From the NCBI GenBank assembly GCA_049523315.1, contig JBEKMZ010000003.1, positions 14,510 through 78,509 on the forward strand: a stretch of 64,000 nucleotides of DNA, written 5' to 3'. Both the position numbers and the translations under genes were made by a program. This DNA is from Acidimicrobiales bacterium (lineage in GTDB: Bacteria; Actinomycetota; Acidimicrobiia; Acidimicrobiales; Bog-793). Positions 20,090-27,701 of the stretch are shown piece by piece. The notes below the pieces were generated by a model that was given only the letters and a program-made list of their open reading frames with translations, did no database searches and was not told the origin of the DNA. Numbering within the stretch: the first letter of the stretch is position 1; every line of letters starts with the position of its first letter.

Positions 20090-20581
20090 ATGCCTAAAGA
20101 CGGCGAGAGCGGCGCGTCTGACCTGGAGGCACGCAACCACTACCTGAGCATCATCGACGACGCCTGGGAGATTTACCGCGAGGCTGTCGAGGGCGCGTGG
20201 GGCGGCTACGAGGAAGCCCTGAAGCCGGTACGTGACGTCTACGAGCAAGCGCAGGGTGCTGCCGAGGAAGCTCATGGCAACGCCATTGACGCGGCTTGGG
20301 CCGACTACAAGCAAGCCGTCGCGAACGCGCCCACAACGATGCGGCGCGACATCGTGGCCCAGGCGCGTGCCACCTACAACGAGCTGGCCGCGCAGATCCG
20401 CAAGGCCTACAACGAGAGCATGGCGATCGCCCGCGACGAGTACCTGCGCTCCGTCGACGAGGCGCGGGCGGGGTACCGGGCGGCAGTGGACGGCGAGCTC
20501 GACTCCCACCGCGACGCGGTCCGGGCCGCATGGACCAGCTACCTGCAGGCGGTCGACTCCAGCCTGGCTGTCGAAGACTGA
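20090..20581 (+). CDS. Hypothetical all-helical repeat protein
   Basis: A good SD (GGAGGAGGG) lies upstream of the ATG. The sequence is acidic and Ala-rich with the recurring motif A-W-x-x-Y-x-x-A-V (DDAWEIYREAV, DAAWADYKQAV, RAAWTSYLQAV). I recognise no family. Confidence 0.55.
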   Translation: MPKDGESGASDLEARNHYLSIIDDAWEIYREAVEGAWGGYEEALKPVRDVYEQAQGAAEEAHGNAIDAAWADYKQAVANAPTTMRRDIVAQARATYNELAAQIRKAYNESMAIARDEYLRSVDEARAGYRAAVDGELDSHRDAVRAAWTSYLQAVDSSLAVED

Positions 20582-20629
20582 GCTGAAAGGGCACTGGGCT
20601 TCTTCCGCTGCTAGATTTTCCCTGCGTAA

Positions 20630-20655
20630 TCGACTCGCGAGATCGACTCACGAGC
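20630..20655. repeat. Tandem 13-nt direct repeat ATCGACTC(G/A)CGAG x2, candidate Rrf2 operator
   Basis: Read directly, 52-77 nt upstream of the Rrf2 ATG. A third partial copy (GTCGACTGG) lies at 20691-20699. Confidence 0.3.
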
Positions 20656-20706
20656 AGAACGGGCTTTCGTCCACAACGGCGGCCCCCTAGTCGACTGGAC
20701 GCGCCG

Positions 20707-21162
20707 ATGCACATCTCAGCCAGAATCGAGTACGCGCTGCGGGCGTTGTGCACCTTGGCCGCCCGCGAGGGCGAGCCGCTCACAGCCGAGGAGCTTGCGG
20801 AGGCCCAGGGCCTTCCCGTCCGGTTCCTACGGGCCATCTTGAACGATCTCCGGCGGGTAGGGATCGTCACGAGCCAGCGTGGCAACGAAGGCGGGTACAA
20901 GCTGGCTCGCCCGGCGTCAGAGATCACAGTCGGAGACGTATTTCGCCGTCTAGAGGGGCCCCTCGCCGAAGTTCGCGGGATGCGGCCGGAGTCGGCCAGC
21001 TACGAGGACGCCGCGGTGCACCTGCAAAAGGTCTGGGTCGCGGTCCGGGCCTGCCTGAGAGGCGTGCTCGATGAGGTCACCCTCGAACAGGTCGTCTCCG
21101 GCAAGCTTCCAAGCCAGGTCGTGCGGCTCGTCCAGCGCCCGGGAGCGTGGGAGCCACACTGA
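20707..21162 (+). CDS. Rrf2 family transcriptional regulator
   Basis: MHISARIEYALRALCTLA...LPVRFLRAILNDLRRVGIVTSQRGNEGGYKLARP is the canonical Rrf2 wHTH. I see no obvious 3-Cys cluster ligand set. Confidence 0.9.
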   Translation: MHISARIEYALRALCTLAAREGEPLTAEELAEAQGLPVRFLRAILNDLRRVGIVTSQRGNEGGYKLARPASEITVGDVFRRLEGPLAEVRGMRPESASYEDAAVHLQKVWVAVRACLRGVLDEVTLEQVVSGKLPSQVVRLVQRPGAWEPH

Positions 21163-21207
21163 TCGCGCCGGTGCCCCCCTCTGTTGGGGCCGCGTTGGAA
21201 CTTCCGG

Positions 21208-21609
21208 TTAACTCCGGGGTCCGGTTACGATCCAGCCGCCGTCAACCGCGTAGGGCTGGATCGGGAATCCGAGAGCAAGCAGGAGGGGCCCGAGCGCTTC
21301 GTTGAGGATGTCCACCGACTCGAGCTGGCGGGCTGGAACGGACTCTCCAGGTTCCGGTGTGTCCCGGAGCTGCCAACGCACGACCACGGCCTCGCCACCA
21401 TCACGGTCCACCTGCACTGTCGACAGGTAGCAGCCCGCGACCGGTGGCCCGGACTGCCCGGGCGAACCGAGAGCCAGGCCTAACTCTGCGATCGCGGTCA
21501 GGAGGTCATCACGAAGACCCTCGACCCCGCCCGGTTCCTCGTCATCGGTTCCGGGCCACGCCGAGTTATCGACGTCCTCGAACGTCTCTTCCTCTGTCTC
21601 GTCGCTCAT
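21208..21609 (-). CDS. Hypothetical protein with acidic N-terminus
   Basis: 133-aa ORF of plausible composition (MSDETEEETFEDVD...). No family recognised. Confidence 0.45.
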   Translation of the reverse strand: MSDETEEETFEDVDNSAWPGTDDEEPGGVEGLRDDLLTAIAELGLALGSPGQSGPPVAGCYLSTVQVDRDGGEAVVVRWQLRDTPEPGESVPARQLESVDILNEALGPLLLALGFPIQPYAVDGGWIVTGPRS

Positions 21610-22509
21610 CGGTGCCTGATCATTCGGTGCCCTCGGTTGTCACGTCTTCTCGACGACGCCGCTCGCGCCGACATCTCGTGCCTGAATCCAGCGCAGGTCA
21701 CGGTACTGATGCTACGTGGCCTGAGGCGCCCCGCCGCGGATTACTTGCTCTGAGGCGCGCGGAAGGGTCCGGCGCGTTGCCAGACGAAGATCGTAGGGCA
21801 ACGAAAAGAGCCAATTCCCTGCCTTTGACGAGCTATCCCAGACCGCTGCAAACCTCCAACTCCGCCTCCGCCTGCCCGCAAGCGGCTCAGTTCGCTCAAG
21901 CCGTCTTGGCGCGCTGGGACACGCGCGGAGTCTTCCCTACGTCCGGTCGGGGCCATTTTCGTTCCCATGGCACATCCTCGTTCATACCCATGGCAAATCC
22001 TCGAAGCGTGATGGCAAGCAAGCGCACGCCAGCAGTTCCGAAACGATTGCTCGCGACGCCCAAGCATGCAACAAGGTCGCCGTGGACCTGTCTACAACCT
22101 GGCGACCGACATATCCGGGCACACGGATACCGGGAGCGTGCTACCCCTCAACCGAGTAGTCCGCCGAAGCGCGGCGAACGAGGTCCGAGCCCAGCCGGTG
22201 TCCCTCATCGAATCGGGTCAGCTGCACGTGAACGATCACCTGACCTCTGGAGCCGAGCTGTTGTTTGTTCGTCTGTTGGACGAGCTCCGGGAAACATTGA
22301 AAGAGCAGACTCCCGCCGTTTCGACCGTGTGCAACGGGCGGGCAGGTCGTCAATTGGCAGGGCCGCCTCGAATGCGAGGCCCGCATGGTCTGCTGCACCT
22401 ACGGGGCGCTCAGCTGATGATTCCCCCGCAGCGGGTCAGGCGTCCAGTACCGACAGAGCTAAAAGCCAGGGGACGAAGGTATGGAGGCGACTCAGCACTC
22501 TCAGGTGCT

Positions 22510-23970
22510 CTAGGACCCCGCACCGTGCGCGCTGCTGTGGGTGTAGCTCTCGCAGTAATCACCCGAGAACACGCTCAACTTGGCTCGCCGGAGATCAGCG
22601 ATTTGCACGAGCAAGAGTTTCTTCTGGCGCGGCTTCAGCCCGCCGGAGTGATCGAAACGCGACAGCTGCGCAGTTGTGTAGGCACTCGGGTCACAAACCA
22701 TGTGCTTCAGCACGATGTAGTAAGCGCGCCTTGCTGCCGCCGGCCTGGCTTGGTTGACATCGTTACTGACAGCGAACGCGCAAAGCGCAGTCGCGAAGAG
22801 GCATGGCAGCGCGAACAAGCCGGCCCGCCTCAACCCGAGGACGGATCCCCGCCGATCGCCCTCGCCGATCGTGAGCAGCCGGACCAGAATCAAGTAGATC
22901 CCTATCAGGGCGGGAAGGGTAAGTGCCACGTATCTGGAAGACATCGCCGTGTCGAGGCCGAGCGACAAACGGCTCACTCCGGTTGCGACCGCACCCATGA
23001 AGCTGAAGGCGATCAGCCCTAGCGCGACCTGAACGGCCCTGTCCTCGCGAAAGCGACGGTCGGCGATGAACACACCGGCGATGATCGCGACCACGACCAC
23101 TTCTGCGATCCCGAGCGCGCGAGCGGTCACGAGCTGGTCGCCGCTTCCGCCGAGCAAGCCGTTGCCCAGGCAACTCAAGGCGAACTCCACGACCTTGCTG
23201 AGGTGGTGCAGTGGGTGCCCGGCTGCCACCTTTTTGTCGCCGGAGAAGTACACGCCAAGAAAGGCAATGCCAATACCCGAAAAGACAAGCTTCTCGACAA
23301 GGCGAGAACGAGAGAGGGGAACCCAGAGGACCAACCCGCACGCGATCCAAGACAGGGTGCCTGACTCCCCGGTGAAGGAGGCAACGGCACAAACCAATAT
23401 CGCCAATGACACTATGTAGAGGCTCCTGCCACGACCGGACCGAAGCCTCACGACGAGAAGGATGGCCAAAAAGGCGAGGGCGACGGCGGCGAGATTCATC
23501 AGGTTCCACTCGTCGAGGAGATTCTGCCAATTGCTCCAGCAGAAAATGGCGAGGGCCACGGGATATGCGGCGATCAGAACGACGACGGCCCGAGCCCGTG
23601 GCAGGACCAGGCGGACTGCCCAAATGGCACATGCGGTCTCGAGCAGGCCTACAACGACCGACAGGAGCTTGAGCAGCTGAACATTAAGGCCGAAGTACTT
23701 CGCGTCGAGCAGCAGTCCGAATCGCTCGAGGACAGGTCTGCCGTCTCCGTAGAACCGGGTTATATGGCCCCAATTTATGCTGCCCGTGGTTGTGAACTTG
23801 ACGATGATTCCGACGTAGCCCCACGTGTCAGAAATCGGAATGTTCGCGCTCGATCTCAGGATGAAAAGAGCTTCGGCAACTGGAAGTGCCAGATACGCCA
23901 GGATCACCGGGCCGAGGGCGACATGCGAGGGCCAGGAGCGAACCGTGCGCTTGTGTCTCGGCCGAGTCAT
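22510..23970 (-). CDS. Polytopic membrane protein (10 or more TM; GT-C / polymerase-like architecture), function unknown
   Basis: Long hydrophobic ORF directly downstream of, and co-directional with, the cysteine desulfurase. The ATG at 23970 follows a basic stretch. It looks visibly less GC-rich than its neighbours. Confidence 0.6.
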   Translation of the reverse strand: MTRPRHKRTVRSWPSHVALGPVILAYLALPVAEALFILRSSANIPISDTWGYVGIIVKFTTTGSINWGHITRFYGDGRPVLERFGLLLDAKYFGLNVQLLKLLSVVVGLLETACAIWAVRLVLPRARAVVVLIAAYPVALAIFCWSNWQNLLDEWNLMNLAAVALAFLAILLVVRLRSGRGRSLYIVSLAILVCAVASFTGESGTLSWIACGLVLWVPLSRSRLVEKLVFSGIGIAFLGVYFSGDKKVAAGHPLHHLSKVVEFALSCLGNGLLGGSGDQLVTARALGIAEVVVVAIIAGVFIADRRFREDRAVQVALGLIAFSFMGAVATGVSRLSLGLDTAMSSRYVALTLPALIGIYLILVRLLTIGEGDRRGSVLGLRRAGLFALPCLFATALCAFAVSNDVNQARPAAARRAYYIVLKHMVCDPSAYTTAQLSRFDHSGGLKPRQKKLLLVQIADLRRAKLSVFSGDYCESYTHSSAHGAGS

Positions 23971-24117
23971 GCGCTTGCCGAAAGTAGCAGACCCGATCCG
24001 AACGGCACTTGCATCTTCGGCAACGTGCCGGCGGTGGGGTGTCAACGGTGATCTAAAGCTTTTCTTATGTCGGCGCGCCGGGCTTGCCGGCAAGCCTGGC
24101 ACATCTGAACCGTGCCG

Positions 24118-25878
24118 TTACCGGCGGCTGCCGGCGTCCCCGGCCAAGCTGCGTAGCGCCGCCACCAGCAGATCGACCTCGACGTAGGTGTTGTACATCG
24201 CCAGAGAGGGCCGCACGGCCGACTCGAGGCCGTAGCGGCGGAGTATCGGCTGGGCGCAGTGGTGACCGGCCCGGACAGCTATCGCTTCCTGGTCCAGCGC
24301 CGAGCCGACCTCCTCGGGGCGGTAGCCCTCCAGTACGAAGGTGAGGACACTGGCTTTCTCAGGCGCCGTGCCGATGAGGCGAAGGCCGGGAACACTGCGG
24401 ATCTCTGCCATCGCGTAATGGAGCAGGTCGTGCTCGTAGCGCTCGATGATCGGCCGCCCGAGGCGGTCCAGGTACTCGAGCGCAGCCCCGAGGCCGACGG
24501 CACCGGCGATGTTGCCCGTGCCCGCCTCGAATTTGGCTGGTGGACGCTGGTACAGCGTCCGCTCGAAAGTAACGTCGGAGATCATGTTCCCGCCGCCCTG
24601 CCACGGCGGCATCTCCTCGAGAAGCTCCGCTTTGGCATACAACGCCCCGATGCCGGTGGGGGCGAAGATCTTGTGCCCAGAGAACACGTAGAAGTCGGCG
24701 TCCATCGCCTGGACGTCGACGACCATATGGGCCACTGCTTGCGCCCCGTCCACGAGCACCTTGGCCCCGACGCGGTGAGCCGTCTCGATCATCTCTTTGA
24801 CCGGAACGATCGTGCCGAGGACGTTGGAGACCTGGGCGATCGCGACGAGCTTGGTCCGCTCGCTCAGCAGGTCGCCGTAGGCGCCGAGGAGCAGGCTACC
24901 CTCCTCGTCGACGGGGATGACCTTCAGCTTGGCTCCGGTCTCGGCGGCGAGCTGCTGCCAGGGGACGATGTTGGCGTGGTGCTCGAGGTGCGAGACCACG
25001 ATCTCGTCTTCCCTGCCGATGTGCCGGCGTCCCCAGGACTGCGCCACCAGGTTGATCGCCTCGGTCGTGCCGCGCGTGAACACGACCTCTTCGGCCGATG
25101 GCGCGCCGAGAAATTTCGCCACCGTGGAGCGAGCCCCCTCGTAGGCGTCCGAGGATCGCGCCGCGAGGCTGTGAGCCGAGCGGTGGATATTCGAGTTCTC
25201 GTGCGAGTAGAAGTACGCCAGGCGGTCGATGACCACCTGCGGCTTTTGAGTCGTGGCCCCGTTGTCCAGCCAGACCAGCTGGCGCCCGTGGATACGCTCT
25301 GTCAACACCGGGAAGTCGCGACGTACCGCCTCTACATCGAAGGCCGGGTAGGCGTCCACCCGCCCTACCATGCGCGGGTCGCAGGCCGGTGTCCGGGCGG
25401 GACTGGCCTTGCGCTCCTCGATGAAATAGAACGACGGCGCACCAGCCGGGCTGGAACCGAGCACGGGCTTTGAGCGCTCTAGCTGGCCCGAGCCCTCGAT
25501 GCCCGCGATTGCTGCCGCCGCCGCAGCCGACAACCCCGGGATGGAACCAGCTGCGGGCTGAGCCGCAAGCGACGCCAGCCTCGCCGGAGCGGCTGCGGCC
25601 CTGTGGAAGCTCGACAACGCGTCGGGTGGTTGGTAGCCGGGCAGGTCGACCGCCCGGCGATAATCGGACACCACGGCCGTTGAGGCGTGAACGGCCGGAT
25701 CCGCGGCCTTATCTGGCGCGGACTCTTTTCCCGGCTGATCTGCCGGGGCTGCGGCGTCCGGCTTGTGCCCCGGCGTCGAGGCGAAGAACTCGCTCGCGAT
25801 CCTTGTCAGGGTCGCCTCGTCCGGCACCCAGTCTGGAACGGTGCCCGCGCCGTCACCGGTAGGAGTGCGAGTACTCAT
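24118..25878 (-). CDS. Class V aminotransferase-fold cysteine desulfurase (SufS/CsdA-like) with ~180-aa disordered N-terminal encapsulin cargo-loading domain
   Basis: The ATG at 25878 overlaps the shell gene's 3' end by 26 nt. The Ala/Pro-rich N-terminus contains LTRIASEFF, cf. the conserved LARLANEFF-type motif of Family 2A cargo. The catalytic part carries SGHKIFAPTGIGALY (PLP Lys) and RAGHHCAQP (catalytic Cys). Confidence 0.9.
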   Translation of the reverse strand: MSTRTPTGDGAGTVPDWVPDEATLTRIASEFFASTPGHKPDAAAPADQPGKESAPDKAADPAVHASTAVVSDYRRAVDLPGYQPPDALSSFHRAAAAPARLASLAAQPAAGSIPGLSAAAAAAIAGIEGSGQLERSKPVLGSSPAGAPSFYFIEERKASPARTPACDPRMVGRVDAYPAFDVEAVRRDFPVLTERIHGRQLVWLDNGATTQKPQVVIDRLAYFYSHENSNIHRSAHSLAARSSDAYEGARSTVAKFLGAPSAEEVVFTRGTTEAINLVAQSWGRRHIGREDEIVVSHLEHHANIVPWQQLAAETGAKLKVIPVDEEGSLLLGAYGDLLSERTKLVAIAQVSNVLGTIVPVKEMIETAHRVGAKVLVDGAQAVAHMVVDVQAMDADFYVFSGHKIFAPTGIGALYAKAELLEEMPPWQGGGNMISDVTFERTLYQRPPAKFEAGTGNIAGAVGLGAALEYLDRLGRPIIERYEHDLLHYAMAEIRSVPGLRLIGTAPEKASVLTFVLEGYRPEEVGSALDQEAIAVRAGHHCAQPILRRYGLESAVRPSLAMYNTYVEVDLLVAALRSLAGDAGSRR

Positions 25879-26794
25879 GGAACTTGCCGATTTCGACGTC
25901 GTCGAGGACTGCAAGCGCGTCGGGAGTGAGGACGGCGAGCGAGTAATAGAGAGAGACGAGGTAGGACGCGATTGCGTTGCGGCTGATCCCCATGAATCGC
26001 ACTGAAAGCCCGGGTGACTGCTCGCCTGTGAGGCCTGGCTGGTAAAGGCCAATTACACCCTGGCGTCGCTCACCGACGCGCAGCAGGAGCACCTTGGTCT
26101 TGCCCTTGACGATCGGCACCTTGTCGGAGGGGACGATCGGAAGGCCGCGCCAAGTGATGAACTGCGAGCCGTGGATGCTCACGGTCGCTGGCGGGACTCC
26201 GCGGCGCGTGCACTCGCGACCGAAGGCGGCGACGGCGAGCGGGTGGGCCAGGAAGAAGGCCGGCTCCTTCCAGACCTTTGTGATGAGCTCGTCGAGATCG
26301 TCCGGCGTCGGCGGCCCCGTCAAGGTGGAGATGCGCTGGGATGCGTCAGCGGCGGAGAGCATTCCGTAGTCGGCATTGTTGATGAGCTCGCTCTCCTGGC
26401 GCTCCTTTACGGTCTCGATCGTCAGCCTGATCTGCTCCGCGATCTGGTCGAAAGGGCTGCTGTAGAGATCGGAGATGCGGGTGTGGATGTCGACGATCGT
26501 CGCCACGGTGCTGAGGAAGTACTCGCGCGGCGTCTCGTAGTAGCCGACGTAGGTCGTCGGCAGCTCCGACTCGTCTCGCGCCGGAGTGGCGACGGTGACC
26601 GAGCCAGGGTCCTTGACCCGGTTCAGACGGTAGATACCCGCCTCGACCGGCACCCACTGCAGCATGTGGACCAGCCATCGCGGAGTGATCGTGTCGAGCT
26701 GTGCGGTGCTCTTGGTGGCATTCGTGAGTTGGCGCGCGGCGTCGTCGGTCAGCGCGAGATTTGTCGGCTCTTCGTTGGTCACTGCTCTAGGCAT
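25853..26794 (-). CDS. Family 2A encapsulin shell protein (SrpI-like, HK97 fold, no cNMP domain)
   Basis: Strong recollected similarity along the whole length to SrpI-type shells: ITPRWLVHMLQWVPVEAGIYRLNRVKD, DIHTRISDLYSSPFDQI, ERQESELINN, KEPAFFLAHPLAVAAFGRECTRRGVPPATV and LLLRVGERRQGVIGLYQP. At 313 aa it is the 2A type. Confidence 0.9.
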   Translation of the reverse strand: MPRAVTNEEPTNLALTDDAARQLTNATKSTAQLDTITPRWLVHMLQWVPVEAGIYRLNRVKDPGSVTVATPARDESELPTTYVGYYETPREYFLSTVATIVDIHTRISDLYSSPFDQIAEQIRLTIETVKERQESELINNADYGMLSAADASQRISTLTGPPTPDDLDELITKVWKEPAFFLAHPLAVAAFGRECTRRGVPPATVSIHGSQFITWRGLPIVPSDKVPIVKGKTKVLLLRVGERRQGVIGLYQPGLTGEQSPGLSVRFMGISRNAIASYLVSLYYSLAVLTPDALAVLDDVEIGKFHEYSHSYR

Positions 26795-26879
26795 TGCTCA
26801 GCCCTTCCCTGATCGACTGCCCGAACGGCTCGGTTTCCGGGAGCGTCCGGGACGTCAGATCGCCTCTCGATGGTGGCTC

Positions 26880-26945
26880 ATTCGTCACTATTTTTATAAA
26901 CTTAGCTCACCGGTAATAGGGTCCAAGGTCACTAATTTGAGGTCG
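26880..26945 (-). promoter_or_regulatory. AT-rich promoter/operator island upstream of the encapsulin gene
   Basis: The only AT-rich patch in the 26795-26971 gap. GTCACTA(T/A)TT occurs twice (26884 and 26928), 44 nt apart, flanking TTTTTATAAACTTAG. Confidence 0.35.
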
Positions 26946-26971
26946 TCGAGCCCACTCGCGTTGCCGTCAGA

Positions 26972-27502
26972 TCAGATGAAGAGCTGGATATCGGCCTTCG
27001 CGGCCATGTCGATGAAGCTGGCCGCACCGAGTGTGGGCTGCAGACCGTCGATGAAATCGGACGTCGACAGCCCGTAGAGGTCCATCGTCATCTGGCAGGG
27101 GTGCAGGCGCACGCCCACGTCGATCGCCATCTCCATCAGCTCGGTCACGCTCGCGACCTTGTGCTGCTTGGCGAGCAACTTGATCATCGAGGTCCCCATC
27201 CCGGCGAAGTGCACCTTGCTCAACTTCAAGTGCTCGCTCCCGCCGCGGTCGAACAGGGACTCTCCCTTCTGCATCCAGTTGTTGCCCGTCACGCGCTTGT
27301 CGTTCTTCTGCAGTACCCGCAGGCCCCAGAAGGTAAAAAAGACGTCGACCTCGAGGCCGGACGCGGCCCCAGTGGTGGCGAGGATCATCACCGGCCACAC
27401 CCGGTCGAGGTCGTTGCTCCAGCAGATGATGGCCATCCGCTTCGGTTCCTCCTCCTCGGAAGCCTTGGTAGAAGCGCTCAATGATGTGTCGGTGCTGTCC
27501 AT
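26972..27502 (-). CDS. DsrE/DsrF-like (COG2210-type) sulfur-carrier family protein
   Basis: MAIICWSNDLDRVWPVMILATTGAASGLEVDVFFTFWGL... and the conserved Cys context RLHPCQMTMD. Acidic Ser/Glu-rich N-terminal tail. AT-rich gaps flank it on both sides. Confidence 0.8.
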   Translation of the reverse strand: MDSTDTSLSASTKASEEEEPKRMAIICWSNDLDRVWPVMILATTGAASGLEVDVFFTFWGLRVLQKNDKRVTGNNWMQKGESLFDRGGSEHLKLSKVHFAGMGTSMIKLLAKQHKVASVTELMEMAIDVGVRLHPCQMTMDLYGLSTSDFIDGLQPTLGAASFIDMAAKADIQLFI

Positions 27503-27589
27503 GTCGGATCTCCTGACTCGGCGACGATGCCCTGGTCAGTTTGCCCCGCGTAGGGTGCTGCGATTAGGGCTGGTGAACGGGATCGGCGA

Positions 27590-27640
27590 TATCCAAATAC
27601 TACTTTCCAGCTAGATTACATAGTTAATACCTAGAGACCA
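27590..27640. promoter_or_regulatory. AT-rich island between lbpA and the dsrE-like gene (promoter/operator candidate)
   Basis: AAATACTACTTTCCAGCTAGATTACATAGTTAATACCTAG was read directly. It contains GATTAC-N5-TAATAC, similar to a motif upstream of cysK. Confidence 0.3.
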
Positions 27641-27701
27641 CGAGTTCCATGGTGGGATCGCCCTTCACAGAGCACACGCGGAGCCTCGGGAGCTCGTTCG
27701 A

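Noticed and set aside
21357-22757. 466-aa plus-strand ORF, plus similar long ORFs at 56285..57880, 59683..60846, 51865..53073, 24259..25473, 28564..30003 and 50247..51359.
   Set aside because: Their composition is extremely Arg/Ser/Pro/Gly-rich. They run antisense or out of frame to genes with clear family signatures. These are typical shadow ORFs of high-GC DNA.
25853-26794. HK97-fold capsid-like gene as a sign of a prophage.
   Set aside because: No terminase, portal, protease, tail or integrase genes are nearby. The sequence pattern and the cargo gene identify it as an encapsulin shell rather than a phage capsid.
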